Shown here piece after piece: positions 23,737 through 33,714 of a DNA stretch of 64,000 nt; position 1 is the stretch's first letter; each line of letters opens with the position of its first letter. The stretch is taken from contig JAFWAG010000001.1 in the NCBI GenBank assembly GCA_017507765.1, forward strand, positions 7,013-71,012, written 5' to 3'. The position numbers were made by a program, and so were the translations under genes. This stretch comes from Alphaproteobacteria bacterium (lineage in GTDB: Bacteria > Pseudomonadota > Alphaproteobacteria > CACZRW01). The notes under the pieces are model-generated. The model saw only the letters and a list, made by a program, of their open reading frames with translations, did not search any database and was not told the DNA's origin.

Positions 23737-25107
23737 TTAGATTTTTATTTTGAAAAAAGCAGGAGTGTAATCACCAAAAGCGCTTTCCTGCTTCTTTGGT
23801 GATTTATCTTTTGCCTTTTTTGAGGCTTTATCCGCTTTTGAGGCAATATCCTTTTTCGGCTTTGGGGCTTCCGCCAGCTTTATTTTTGCCGCAGGAGGCT
23901 TCCTTTTATTCGGATTTTGATGCGGAAGCTTGTATTTATTTTTCCGGCTTTCGGCTCGTCTTGGCGCAAAGTCTTCCGGAAAACCAAAATCCATGGATAA
24001 AGGTATCGACTTTTTCAAAAGCTCCTCTATTGCGTCCAAAACTTTAAAATCAATGTCGGTTACCAGCGTAAAGGCTTTTCCTTCTTTGCCGGCTCTGCCC
24101 GTGCGGCCGATACGGTGAACGTAATCTTCGGACTTAAACGGAGCATCATAATTAAAAACATGAGAAACATCAGGTAAGTCAAGCCCTCTGGCCGCAACGT
24201 CGGAACAAACCAAAAGCTTTACATCACCTTTTTTAAAAGCCTCAATGGTATCGGAACGAGCATACTGCGACATATCGCCATGCAAAGCCGCCGCCGGCAA
24301 TTTATACTTTTTCAAAATGTTAAACAGGGTTTCCACATCTTTTTTCTTGTTACAGAAAATCATTGCGTTCTGTACGTCTTCTTTATCCAACAGCTCTTTC
24401 AAAATATGACGTTTTTCCGATGCTTCGTGTGTATAAATAAGTGTATGCTTTATCGTCGAAGCCGCCGAAGACGGAGGATTAACAAAAATCTCTTTGGGAA
24501 AGGTCATGAATTGTTCGGCAAGGTCTTTGATTTCTCTATCCATAGTAGCAGAAAACAAAAGTGTCTGGTGCCGGCACTTTATCCAAGAAATAATTTTCTT
24601 TACGTCCGGAATAAATCCCATATCCAACATACGGTCGGCTTCATCAATCACCAAAACCTTTATATCGTTCATGATAACCAAGCCACGTTCAAATAAATCC
24701 ATCATACGGCCGGGAGTGGCAATTAAAACGTCTACGCCATGATTTAAAAGTCTTTTTTGTTCGGGCAGAGATTCTCCGCCAATCAGCAAAGCCATACTTA
24801 ATTTATGATACTTGCCGTATTTTACAAAGTTTTCCCCTATTTGGGCGGCAAGTTCTCTGGTCGGAGCCAGAATCAAAGAGCGAGGCATACGGGCTTTGGC
24901 TCTGCCTGAAGCTAAAATATCAATCATGGGTAGAGTAAAACCGGCGGTCTTTCCGGTACCCGTTTGAGCAATACCGACAACGTCTCTTCCTTCTAAAATC
25001 GGGGGGATAGCTTGCTTTTGAATTGATGTCGGTTCCGTATAGCCAACTTCTGCAACCGCTTTTAAAGTTACATCGCTTAGTCCTAAAGTTGTAAAAGTCA
25101 TATACAT
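23737..25107 (-). CDS. rhlE: DEAD-box ATP-dependent RNA helicase (RhlE-like)
   Basis: 456 aa. Q-motif (PTSIQ), AQTGTGKT, DEAD, SAT, HRIGRTGRAG, and a basic Lys-rich C-terminal tail. Confidence 0.9.
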   Translation of the reverse strand: MYMTFTTLGLSDVTLKAVAEVGYTEPTSIQKQAIPPILEGRDVVGIAQTGTGKTAGFTLPMIDILASGRAKARMPRSLILAPTRELAAQIGENFVKYGKYHKLSMALLIGGESLPEQKRLLNHGVDVLIATPGRMMDLFERGLVIMNDIKVLVIDEADRMLDMGFIPDVKKIISWIKCRHQTLLFSATMDREIKDLAEQFMTFPKEIFVNPPSSAASTIKHTLIYTHEASEKRHILKELLDKEDVQNAMIFCNKKKDVETLFNILKKYKLPAAALHGDMSQYARSDTIEAFKKGDVKLLVCSDVAARGLDLPDVSHVFNYDAPFKSEDYVHRIGRTGRAGKEGKAFTLVTDIDFKVLDAIEELLKKSIPLSMDFGFPEDFAPRRAESRKNKYKLPHQNPNKRKPPAAKIKLAEAPKPKKDIASKADKASKKAKDKSPKKQESAFGDYTPAFFKIKI

Positions 25108-25176
25108 TTCCTTATAATTTTTATATTATTCTTCTTTCTTAACCCAAAATCGTACTCTAGGAAAGGGATTTAGTGC

Positions 25177-25731
25177 ATGTTGGTTAATTATTTAGATTCT
25201 CTCCTTTTGGTGTTAGATGTTCAGGAACGCTTGTTGGCAACCGTATTTTCGCCAAGAACCGTCATTGAAAATAATAAACGTCTGTTAAAAAGTTCGCTTA
25301 AGTTTAACGTACCGGTAATTTTTGCAGAGCAAACTCCGGATTCTTTGGCTTCTACCTTGAACGAAATTAAAGAAATGGTTCCTGAGGCAAAGATTTTCCC
25401 CAAAAAGCATTTTTCGGCTTGGAAAAATGAAACCATCAAAAAAGAGATAAAATCCCTTAACAAAAAACAAATTATTATAACCGGACTGGAAGCGCATATA
25501 TGCGTTTTACAAACGGCTTTTGATTTAAAAGAAGCCGGATATGACGTGTTCGTAGTGGCAAATGCAATATCTTCGGCTTTTGATTATGATTATCAGGAAG
25601 CAATTAACCGAATGAGAGCTTCCAGTATAAATATTGTTACTTCCGAAATGGTCAGATGTGAATGGCTTGCCGGTTCGCAAACCGAAGACTTTAAAGATTT
25701 GCGATTGGAGTTGTTTAAACGAACTGTTTAA
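25177..25731 (+). CDS. isochorismatase-family hydrolase
   Basis: 184 aa. LLVLDVQERL and ITGLEAHICVLQTAFDL (catalytic Cys context). Confidence 0.7.
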   Translation: MLVNYLDSLLLVLDVQERLLATVFSPRTVIENNKRLLKSSLKFNVPVIFAEQTPDSLASTLNEIKEMVPEAKIFPKKHFSAWKNETIKKEIKSLNKKQIIITGLEAHICVLQTAFDLKEAGYDVFVVANAISSAFDYDYQEAINRMRASSINIVTSEMVRCEWLAGSQTEDFKDLRLELFKRTV

Positions 25732-25775
25732 GCTATTTTACGGTATATAAAGCCTTTATAACCGGAGACAATGCG

Positions 25776-26189
25776 ATGAAAAAAGCAATCTTTTTGATGG
25801 CGGTATGGACGGCATTTATTCCTTTGTCCGCAAAAGCAGCATCGGATTTGCCGCAAACCGAAGCGCAAATAATGGGAACTTTAGCCGGAGCCGCTTGGGC
25901 GTGTGGGGCGGATAAGTCTTTGCGGGATTTTGAATTGATTGCCGGAAATATACTTTTAAATAAAGCCCAGACAAAAACCGGTCAGCAACTCGCAATTGAC
26001 CAATATGCCCAAGCAAAGCTGAATGGTTACCGTACGCAAAAAAGATTTCCAAAACTAAGCTGCGATTTGGTGTTAGAGCGTTTTGCCAATCAAGATATTT
26101 TCAAGTCTACCGTCATGTCGGACGGAAGCGTAAAAATGCCGGACGGAACATGGCTTTACCCGCCGGATAAAGACAGCGGACTTTATTAG
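25776..26189 (+). CDS. secreted hypothetical protein
   Basis: 137 aa with a signal peptide MKKAIFLMAVWTAFIPLSAKA/AS and two Cys. I recognise no family. Confidence 0.55.
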   Translation: MKKAIFLMAVWTAFIPLSAKAASDLPQTEAQIMGTLAGAAWACGADKSLRDFELIAGNILLNKAQTKTGQQLAIDQYAQAKLNGYRTQKRFPKLSCDLVLERFANQDIFKSTVMSDGSVKMPDGTWLYPPDKDSGLY

Positions 26190-26240
26190 CTTTATAATTT
26201 ATTTACTTAAAGCAACGGAACGGAGCTAGATGCTCAGCCT

Positions 26241-26450
26241 TTATTCCTCTTCTTTGGTCGGAAGTTTTTCCGGGTCAACCGGTTCGGCAGGAATATTATA
26301 AACTCCCGTAAACCAACGGTTTAAATCTATATCCGCACAACGTTTGGAACAAAAGGGTTTGTACCTTTGTACGGCTTCACAACCGCATATCGGACATTTA
26401 TGTCCGGCAACGGGAATGTCTATGACGCTTTCTTCTGTTGTTTCCGACAT
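26241..26450 (-). CDS. yacG: DNA gyrase inhibitor YacG (zinc ribbon)
   Basis: 69 aa. CPICGCEAVQRYKPFCSKRCADIDLNRW matches the YacG C4 zinc-finger signature. Confidence 0.8.
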   Translation of the reverse strand: MSETTEESVIDIPVAGHKCPICGCEAVQRYKPFCSKRCADIDLNRWFTGVYNIPAEPVDPEKLPTKEEE

Positions 26451-26455
26451 ATCCT

Positions 26456-27841
26456 TTAATCCATAAAAGAAATCGTACCTTGAAGGGACGTATCGGCAAT
26501 AATATTCAGACTACCACCTAATTTTTGGTTAACTTCGGACGTAAAGGCGGAAAGTTTTCCTTGCAAGATGTTTAAAACTTCCGGCGGAACTTTTAAAGCA
26601 ATCTCGCTTTTACCGGAACGAGAGCGGCGCATAGCTCCTCTGAGGGCAGATAAAGCCAAAGTTTCCGGCCGTATTTCAAAACCATGGCAAGCAGAAGGAC
26701 GGCAATAAACATCAAGCAGGCTTTGCGTGCGGCGTTCACGAATAATCTCTGCATGGCCAAGAGGAGAAACACCAACTAAGAACGCCGGCAAAGAATCCTT
26801 TGCCAAACCTTCTCTTAAGATGCCAATCATCTGCGGAGAAAGCTTGTGTTTCCAATTAGAAATAAAATCAACAACAATTTGACCGGATAAATTACGCAAA
26901 CGAATCTGCCGGATTATTTCTTCGGCCGCAGTCCGGTTAATCTGTTCAAAAGAATCCGAACTGCCGGCACTGTCAACATCTATCGCCCAGAATGCTTCTG
27001 CCGGTTGGATAATTATCCGAACGCCGGAAGGCAAAACAACAACCGGATTTAAGGCTTCATCAATCGCTTCGTCCAGTTCATAGGCTGTAAACAAATCTTC
27101 TTTTTCATTATAAACCGTAACTTCCGGCACTTTATCTTTGAGCTCCGAAGTTAAAAAGGTGCGGATTTTGTTTGCTTCGCCAGCATCGTCGCAGACTATT
27201 TCCTTTAACGTGTTATGATAGGAAATCAGCATTTCCGGCAAGAAATCATAAGGTTCCAACAAAATACCCGGTTCTTTGCTTTGGGCAAAATCTTCCAAAA
27301 GTTTACGACGGCGTTCTTTTAATTCCTCTAACTCCCGCAGAAGGCTGCCGTCATCTGCGTGTTCGGCTCCGGCACGGACAATGACCGATTCCTTGCCCTT
27401 TAAAAGCGGAGATAAAAGCGTCCAGATATTTTGCTTACGTTCACTGTCTGCCAACCTTTTGGAAAAAACTATCGGCTCAGATAACTGGGTATAGACCAGA
27501 TAAACTCCGGCAAACGTAATATTTGCAGTTAATTTGATGTCTTTGTAGCTATGCGCTTCTTTGGCGACTTCGACTAAAACCGTGTCGCCTTCAACATATT
27601 TCTGGCTGCCTTTGCGTACCGGAAGAAAACCCGTAACGCCTTCCCCGATATCAACAAAAAAGGCTTTGCCGCCAAGAGCCTTGGAAGTTATCCGTCCACG
27701 ACAAACCGTACCGGTCGCATAAGAACGTATGCGGTCAATATAAAACTCGTCCGCCCGAGAACCGGATAACAAAGCTATCCTTCTTTCACCGGGAGAAACA
27801 CTATAAATAATCCGGTCAGGTCCGAGAACTTGCGCTTCCAT
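26456..27841 (-). CDS. ribonuclease E/G-family protein (RNase G-like)
   Basis: 461 aa with an S1-like N-terminal region, the catalytic-site contexts FWAIDVDSAGS and GQIVVDFI, and the maf-rng-yacG neighbourhood. Confidence 0.8.
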   Translation of the reverse strand: MEAQVLGPDRIIYSVSPGERRIALLSGSRADEFYIDRIRSYATGTVCRGRITSKALGGKAFFVDIGEGVTGFLPVRKGSQKYVEGDTVLVEVAKEAHSYKDIKLTANITFAGVYLVYTQLSEPIVFSKRLADSERKQNIWTLLSPLLKGKESVIVRAGAEHADDGSLLRELEELKERRRKLLEDFAQSKEPGILLEPYDFLPEMLISYHNTLKEIVCDDAGEANKIRTFLTSELKDKVPEVTVYNEKEDLFTAYELDEAIDEALNPVVVLPSGVRIIIQPAEAFWAIDVDSAGSSDSFEQINRTAAEEIIRQIRLRNLSGQIVVDFISNWKHKLSPQMIGILREGLAKDSLPAFLVGVSPLGHAEIIRERRTQSLLDVYCRPSACHGFEIRPETLALSALRGAMRRSRSGKSEIALKVPPEVLNILQGKLSAFTSEVNQKLGGSLNIIADTSLQGTISFMD

Positions 27842-28406
27842 CGTTTACTCCATTCAATAATCTTGCGGTTTCAAACAAGGGAAGACCGACTACGTTGGAG
27901 TATGAACCGCCTATATAACTGACAAACGTAGAGGCAAAACCTTGTATTGCATAGCTTCCAGCCTTATCTTCCCATTCCCGTGAATCAAGATAACTTTTGA
28001 TTTCTTCTTCGGTAAGCCGCTTAAACTTTACCGTAGTTTCAACGTATTTAAGCCCTTTGCCTCCGCTTGGAGTCAAGAAGCAAACACCACCCAAAACTTT
28101 ATGACGGCGGCCGGATAAAAGGCGAAGGTTCGCTTCTGCCTGCTCCGGTTTCATGGTTTTGGGAAGTAAACGGGCGCCACAAGCAACTGCGGTATCAGCA
28201 GCCAAAACATTGGCGGAAGGATTGGCTTCGGCAACTTTCATTGCTTTGGTATATGCCATACGCATAACATATTGCCGCAAAGGTTCCCGAGCATGAATTG
28301 TCTCGTCAATATCGGCAGGAATAACTTGCTGTGGAATAGCTCCGATTTGGGCAAGAAGCTCTAATCTGCGCGGAGAGGCTGATGCCAATATAAAATCCTT
28401 AAACAC
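27816..28406 (-). CDS. maf: Maf-like nucleoside triphosphate pyrophosphatase
   Basis: 196 aa. ILASASPRRLELL, AGSYAIQG and VVGLPL. Confidence 0.9.
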   Translation of the reverse strand: MFKDFILASASPRRLELLAQIGAIPQQVIPADIDETIHAREPLRQYVMRMAYTKAMKVAEANPSANVLAADTAVACGARLLPKTMKPEQAEANLRLLSGRRHKVLGGVCFLTPSGGKGLKYVETTVKFKRLTEEEIKSYLDSREWEDKAGSYAIQGFASTFVSYIGGSYSNVVGLPLFETARLLNGVNDGSASSRT

Positions 28407-28444
28407 AAAAAATATCCTCTGCCCAAACTGTTTTTCAGTTACGT

Positions 28445-28873
28445 TTATGCCTGTTCGACAATCTCGTCATTATATGTTTTTTCCATGCGTTCATGGCGTT
28501 CCTGAGCTTCAATGCTCAAGGTCGCTATCGGACGGGCGATAAGACGTTCAACCCCAATCGGGTCGCCGGTTTCTTCGCAATAGCCGTAAGTGCCGTCTTC
28601 AATGCGATATAACGCAGAATTGATTTTGGAAATAAGTTTGCGGGCGCGGTCTCTGGTTCTTAGTTCCAAAGCTTTGTCCGCTTCTGCAGAAGCTCTGTCC
28701 GCAACGTCAGCCGCAGCAAGTCCGCCCTCTTTCAAATTGTCTATGGTATCTTCGGTTTCTTTTAAAAGCTGTTCCCGCCATTCAAGCAAACGACGGCGAA
28801 AATATTCTTTCTGCATTTCATTCATAAACGGCTCGTCTTTGGACGGCCGGTAATCAGCAGGTAAATCAACCAT
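28445..28873 (-). CDS. dksA: RNA polymerase-binding transcription factor DksA
   Basis: 142 aa with a coiled-coil DxxDxA tip (DVADRASAEAD) and YGYCEETGDPIGVERLIARPIATLSIEAQERHE (the Cys-poor alphaproteobacterial type). Confidence 0.9.
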   Translation of the reverse strand: MVDLPADYRPSKDEPFMNEMQKEYFRRRLLEWREQLLKETEDTIDNLKEGGLAAADVADRASAEADKALELRTRDRARKLISKINSALYRIEDGTYGYCEETGDPIGVERLIARPIATLSIEAQERHERMEKTYNDEIVEQA

Positions 28874-28949
28874 TGCATCTATCCCCTTTAGATTGCGTTA
28901 ACCCCAAGGGTTGCTTGATACTTCATATTAAAAGAAATGTCAAACTAAA

Positions 28950-29384
28950 CTACGGATATAGTTTGGCAAGCTCTACTTCCACCCGCAATTCGATTTCCGA
29001 AATGATTTCTTCCAAGCGTTCCGGTACACCGCTTTCTTTACGAGTTCGCACCATTTGCGCCAATTCTATCAATCTTTGTTTGGAAATGGCTCCGGATAAC
29101 AGCTCGCGACGGATTTCTTCCAATCGGTCCAGAAGGTTATTGCCACGGTCTATGGCTTTACGCTTCTTTGCTTCCTGCTCCGTCGCATCGCCCACGTCCT
29201 GAATCATGAAAACCGAGTCAACTGCACCGACCGCAGATGGAGAAGATATTCCGGAAGCTTCATCAGCACCGCTTATCGTATCGGCAAGAACTGAAGCAAA
29301 CTCTGTCCCCTTGCCGGCAGAAACCGAAGAACTTTTACGCGCTTGGGATACGCCTTTGGAAGCCCCGCTTTCACTTACTTTCAT
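28950..29384 (-). CDS. fliX: flagellar assembly regulator FliX
   Basis: 144 aa. MKVS... N-terminus, Ser/Ala-rich linker, and a C-terminal LLDRLEEIRRELLSG...EIELRVEVELAKL. It is divergent from flgI exactly as in Caulobacter. Confidence 0.75.
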   Translation of the reverse strand: MKVSESGASKGVSQARKSSSVSAGKGTEFASVLADTISGADEASGISSPSAVGAVDSVFMIQDVGDATEQEAKKRKAIDRGNNLLDRLEEIRRELLSGAISKQRLIELAQMVRTRKESGVPERLEEIISEIELRVEVELAKLYP

Positions 29385-29529
29385 TGCCGCCGCCTTTCTT
29401 TATCAAAACAATACATACATGAGTATAAAGTCTTATGACCGCTTTGCAAAGACGGCAAATATTTCCCACTTACTTTTACTGCCACCATACGAAAGAGCGA
29501 AAATATTTTTCTCTGCCAAAAGCAAAGTT

Positions 29530-29545
29530 TGGCACGATTTTCGCA
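29530..29545 (+). promoter_or_regulatory. sigma-54 (-24/-12) promoter of the flgI operon
   Basis: TGGCACGATTTTCGCA has GG-N10-GC spacing. The -12 GC lies 40 nt upstream of the flgI ATG. Confidence 0.65.
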
Positions 29546-29583
29546 TAAAGAAGGGAAGAGTTTAGCTTTTTTAAGGTGTTGTT

Positions 29584-30708
29584 ATGAAATATTTACCGTT
29601 AAAAACCTTCTTTGCCGCTGTGAGCATTGCGTTTTTGCCTTGGTTTGCTTGGCAGGCGGAAGCTAACTCCCGCATTAAAGATATCGCTGATTTTGAAGGC
29701 GTAAGGGAGAATATGCTGGTTGGATACGGCTTGGTAGTGGGATTAAACGGTACCGGCGACAACCTTTCTTCAATTTCTTTTACCCAAGAAACCGTTGTCA
29801 GTATGTTGGAACGCTTAGGTGTAAACTCTCGTGACGGAAAACTTAAAACCAAAAACATTGCGGCAGTGGCAGTAACAGCCTCTTTGCCGCCGTTTTCCCG
29901 TCAAGGGAGCAGAATTGACGTGTCGGTAAGCGCTTTGGGTGATGCAAAAAGCCTGATGGGCGGAACGTTAATGGTTACCCCGTTGGTCGGTGCGGACGGT
30001 GAAGTTTATGCCGTAGCCCAAGGTCAGCTGGCAGTGGGCGGTTTTGTTGCCGAAGGGGATAACCAAGTGGTAACCCGAGGCGTTCCTACCAGTGCGAAAA
30101 TCGCAAACGGAGCAATTATTGAAAGAGAAATACCTTTTTCCATTAACAACTTGGAAAACATCAAAATATCCTTACGCAATCCGGACTTTACCACGGCAAA
30201 GCGTATGGCTAATGCCATTAACTCTTTCCTTGGCACGGTGTATGCCGCTCCGCTTGACAATGCGACGGTGAACTTGCAGATACCTCCGCAATACCGCAAT
30301 AAAATCGTGGATTTATTAACCGGAATAGAACAGCTGCGCATACAGCCTGACCAACCGGCAAAAGTCATTATTGACGAACAATCGGGAATAATCGTCATCG
30401 GCGATAATGTAAAAATCAATAAAGTAGCCGTGGCTCAGGGTAATTTAAGCATTTACATAACGGAAACGCCGATGGTTTCTCAGCCGCTTCCTTTCGCCGA
30501 AGTCGGAGAAACTATTGTTACCAATATGACGAATATTGATGTCGTAGAAGCAGGAACGAAAAAAGTCGACGTTCTGGATACGGGAATAACTTTAAAAGAA
30601 TTAGTGGACGGTCTTAATTCTCTGGGCGTGGGACCAAGAGACATTATAAGCATTCTGCAGGCAATTAAAGCCTCCGGAGCTTTGCAGGCCGATATAGAGG
30701 TGATGTGA
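29584..30708 (+). CDS. flgI: flagellar P-ring protein FlgI
   Basis: 374 aa with a signal peptide, then RIKDIADFEGVRENMLVGYGLVVGLNGTGD and the C-terminal ALQADIEVM. Confidence 0.95.
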   Translation: MKYLPLKTFFAAVSIAFLPWFAWQAEANSRIKDIADFEGVRENMLVGYGLVVGLNGTGDNLSSISFTQETVVSMLERLGVNSRDGKLKTKNIAAVAVTASLPPFSRQGSRIDVSVSALGDAKSLMGGTLMVTPLVGADGEVYAVAQGQLAVGGFVAEGDNQVVTRGVPTSAKIANGAIIEREIPFSINNLENIKISLRNPDFTTAKRMANAINSFLGTVYAAPLDNATVNLQIPPQYRNKIVDLLTGIEQLRIQPDQPAKVIIDEQSGIIVIGDNVKINKVAVAQGNLSIYITETPMVSQPLPFAEVGETIVTNMTNIDVVEAGTKKVDVLDTGITLKELVDGLNSLGVGPRDIISILQAIKASGALQADIEVM

Positions 30709-31040
30709 TGATAAATCCTATGCTTTCCGGAAGTGAAATACTGGCTTCGGCTCGGGCTACAAATACCCCTTCACCTTCTGCGGACTGGCAAAAGGCAAGA
30801 AAGACTGCCGATGACTTTGAAGCCTTCTTTCTGACCCAGACTTTGGAACAAATGTTTTCCGGCTTGGAAACCGACGGAATGTTCGGTGGCGGAGATGCAG
30901 AAAAAATCTGGCGTTCTTTCCTTTTGGACGAATACGGAAAACAAATGGTCAAAGCCGGAGGTATCGGAATGGCAGATGAAGTAATGAACTATATGCTGAA
31001 AATGCAGGAAGAAAATCAGCCTCAAGCAGGAGGAAAATAA
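30705..31040 (+). CDS. rod-binding protein (FlgJ N-terminal domain only; CheL-like)
   Basis: 111 aa. ADDFEAFFLTQTLEQMF is the rod-binding motif. There is no muramidase domain, and the gene overlaps flgI by 4 nt. Confidence 0.75.
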   Translation: MMINPMLSGSEILASARATNTPSPSADWQKARKTADDFEAFFLTQTLEQMFSGLETDGMFGGGDAEKIWRSFLLDEYGKQMVKAGGIGMADEVMNYMLKMQEENQPQAGGK

Positions 31041-31041
31041 A

Positions 31042-31506
31042 ATGAATAATGAAACCATAACCTTAGACGCAGAAAGAAGAGAATACAAAATCCAAACCGT
31101 GCTTGATATCGTCGCACAGCTTTCCGATTTGTTGGATACGGAAAACAACGGTCTTAAAACCCACGACTTTGGATTGGTTAAAGAAATGATGGGGCAGAAA
31201 ACAGCCTTGGCTCATTCTTATAACGATGTTTGCCAGCTGTTTAAACAGCACCCGGAAATCTTGCAAGAAGCAGATGCCGAACGCGGCGGCCTTATCAAAG
31301 AATCTTTGATGAGCCTGCAAGAAAAAATGAACCTTAATGCAAGCTTATTAAAAGCAAACATGGACGCAAACAACAAACTTATTCAACTGATTATCGATTC
31401 AACCAAAACGCATCGAGCAGAACAAAACAGCGTGTATGACGCCGCAGGAACTTTGAATGATGCTTCCGGTAAAAGTTCGGCAATCAGCTTTAACAAAGTA
31501 CTTTAA
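31042..31506 (+). CDS. FlgN-like flagellar chaperone candidate (FlbY position of the Caulobacter flgI operon)
   Basis: 154 aa, helical. LSDLLDTENNGLKTHDF...KTAL resembles the FlgN family. The position upstream of flgK/flgL supports the call. Confidence 0.45.
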   Translation: MNNETITLDAERREYKIQTVLDIVAQLSDLLDTENNGLKTHDFGLVKEMMGQKTALAHSYNDVCQLFKQHPEILQEADAERGGLIKESLMSLQEKMNLNASLLKANMDANNKLIQLIIDSTKTHRAEQNSVYDAAGTLNDASGKSSAISFNKVL

Positions 31507-31520
31507 GAAGGAGAGGAAAA

Positions 31521-33689
31521 ATGCCTATAACCTCTGCTATGAACAGCGCTATATCCGGATTACATACTTCGCAGGCAGCGATAGATGTAATTTCTCAGAA
31601 CATATCTAATGTAAACACTCAGGGATATACCAAAAAAGTATACCAACAAAGCAGTGTGGTTCTGAACGGTGCCGGAATGGGTGCCAAAGAAGAGCTTTAT
31701 ACTCGTAATGTCGATGAAGGGCTGATTAAAGATTTACGCCAAAATGCTGCTCTTTTAAGCAATCTGATGATTAAAGATGACTTTATGTCTCGGGTTGAAA
31801 CTCTGTTCGGCGAACCGGGAAGTTCGGCGGACTTGAGTAACGAGTTCAACAGCATTGTACAGGCTTTTGAAAACCTTGCTTCCAATCCGGCGGATTTGGT
31901 ATCGCAAAGCAATACGATAAACACTATTTCTTCGGCTTTAAGCCGTATCAATAATTTGGGCAGCCAACTGCAAAGCATGCGGCAGGAAGCAGATAAGCAA
32001 CTGACAACTTTATGCAACGAAGTAAATGATATTTTAAGCCAAATCGACAGTCTGAACGATAATATTGTCCGGACGCAAACTCTTGGCAATCAAAGCACCG
32101 CAGACTATGAAGACCAAATGGATCAGCTGATGCTGCGCTTGTCCGAGATTATGGACGTTCAATACTTTAAACGCAGTTCCGGTGAAATCGTAATTACGAC
32201 GTCTTCGGGTGATACGCTTTTGGATAATGATCCTCAGTTTCTGAACCATACAAACATTACGACGAGCCAAGCGTGGACAACGTATTCCGGCGGCAATATC
32301 GGCGGTATTTATTTAAATGGCAAAGATATAACCTCTAGCTTGAAAACCGGAGAAATGAGCGCCCTTGTAGAATTGCGCGATTCTATTCTGCCGGAAATGC
32401 AGGCTTCGCTTGACGAAATGTCCAGCACCTTTGCCGAACAGATGAATATCCTGCAAAACCGCAGTACCAGTTTTCCTGATATGCAAAGCTCTTTTACCGG
32501 AGACCGCACCTTTATCGCATCGGACACCCAAACAATTTCTATATCCGACGGCGATGTGAAAATAGCTTTGTTCGACAGCGATGGAAAACAAGCTTTCACC
32601 ACTTCACTGGTTGATGACCTTGGCTTTACTTCCGGAACTATTGATGACTTGGCAAGCACTTTGGAAAACTGGCTGAGAACAGACCCTAATGGTCCGTTGC
32701 TCGCCCATGCAAAAGTAGAAGTCAATTCGGAAGGAAAGTTCACCATTGACCTTGGAACTTCAACATACGGCTTGGGAATTATTGATGAAGCATCTTCCAC
32801 CCCCGGAAGCACACAGCAAGATGTTACAATATCTTTTGATGCAAACGGAGACGGTGTAAACGACAGTACGCATCAGGGATTTTCCTATTTCCTTGGCTTG
32901 AATAACCTGATAACCACCAATACTGATAACTGGTGTTATGACAGCAAGATTATGTCGGCAAAAAGCAAGCCACAGATTCAAAGGCAGGCAACAATATCTT
33001 TTTCCATGGCCGGAGATATGGATATGGCTACGGTAGATATTCTGCCCGGTGATACTTTAGCAAAAATCGCCGAACGAATTAACTCTACCGAAGCACTTAA
33101 AGGGGTTGTAAAAGCAACCTTGGTACAGGAAGGTTCCGGATATCGCCTGCGGATTGAAAACACCTCCGGCGAACATATGGAGATAACCGAAAAAACCAAC
33201 ACCGGATTGCTTAGCCAGCTGGGATTGGAAGCGTCTAAAGCCGGAACGGCAGAACAAATTGAATTAAACAGCTTTATCAAAGAAAATCCTTCCGCCCTTG
33301 GCAAAGGTATGATGCAGTTTGATGCGTATTCGGGAGAATACTTCCTGTCCGCTTCGGATAACTCCATTGCTTCGCAGTTTACTTCTATGCTGACAGAGGC
33401 GCAAAGTTTCAGCGAAGCAGGCTTTATGTCTTCCGGTTCGGCAACATTTGCCCAATATGCCGCAAGCTTTGTTTCTCAGGTGGCAAACGATACCGCCGCC
33501 AATAATTCAAAAATGATTTATCAAGACGAGCTTACGTCTACAATATCTTATAAATCAGCAGAAATCAGCAGCGTTAATCTTGATGAAGAGCTGGCGACCC
33601 TGACCATATATGAAAGAAGCTATGCCGCCGCCGCAAAAGTAATCTCGACAACGATTGAAATGCTTGATGATTTGTTTGCGGCCGTTTAA
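31521..33689 (+). CDS. flgK: flagellar hook-associated protein 1 FlgK
   Basis: 722 aa. N-terminal SAMNSAISGLHTSQAAIDVISQNISNVNTQGYTKK and C-terminal VNLDEELATLTIYERSYAAAAKVIST. Confidence 0.9.
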   Translation: MPITSAMNSAISGLHTSQAAIDVISQNISNVNTQGYTKKVYQQSSVVLNGAGMGAKEELYTRNVDEGLIKDLRQNAALLSNLMIKDDFMSRVETLFGEPGSSADLSNEFNSIVQAFENLASNPADLVSQSNTINTISSALSRINNLGSQLQSMRQEADKQLTTLCNEVNDILSQIDSLNDNIVRTQTLGNQSTADYEDQMDQLMLRLSEIMDVQYFKRSSGEIVITTSSGDTLLDNDPQFLNHTNITTSQAWTTYSGGNIGGIYLNGKDITSSLKTGEMSALVELRDSILPEMQASLDEMSSTFAEQMNILQNRSTSFPDMQSSFTGDRTFIASDTQTISISDGDVKIALFDSDGKQAFTTSLVDDLGFTSGTIDDLASTLENWLRTDPNGPLLAHAKVEVNSEGKFTIDLGTSTYGLGIIDEASSTPGSTQQDVTISFDANGDGVNDSTHQGFSYFLGLNNLITTNTDNWCYDSKIMSAKSKPQIQRQATISFSMAGDMDMATVDILPGDTLAKIAERINSTEALKGVVKATLVQEGSGYRLRIENTSGEHMEITEKTNTGLLSQLGLEASKAGTAEQIELNSFIKENPSALGKGMMQFDAYSGEYFLSASDNSIASQFTSMLTEAQSFSEAGFMSSGSATFAQYAASFVSQVANDTAANNSKMIYQDELTSTISYKSAEISSVNLDEELATLTIYERSYAAAAKVISTTIEMLDDLFAAV

Positions 33690-33714
33690 CGGTGCGTAAA
33701 AAGGAGGCTATAAA

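Noticed and set aside
28445-28873. DksA with only one cysteine where a C4 zinc finger is expected
   Set aside because: As far as I recall, Cys-poor DksA variants are normal in alphaproteobacteria, so this is not an anomaly.
30231-30246. Sigma-54-like TGGCACGGTGTATGCC inside flgI
   Set aside because: GG-N10-GC is satisfied, but the site lies in coding sequence about 470 nt upstream of the next gene. Its -12 context is ATGC rather than TTGC, so it is probably a chance match.
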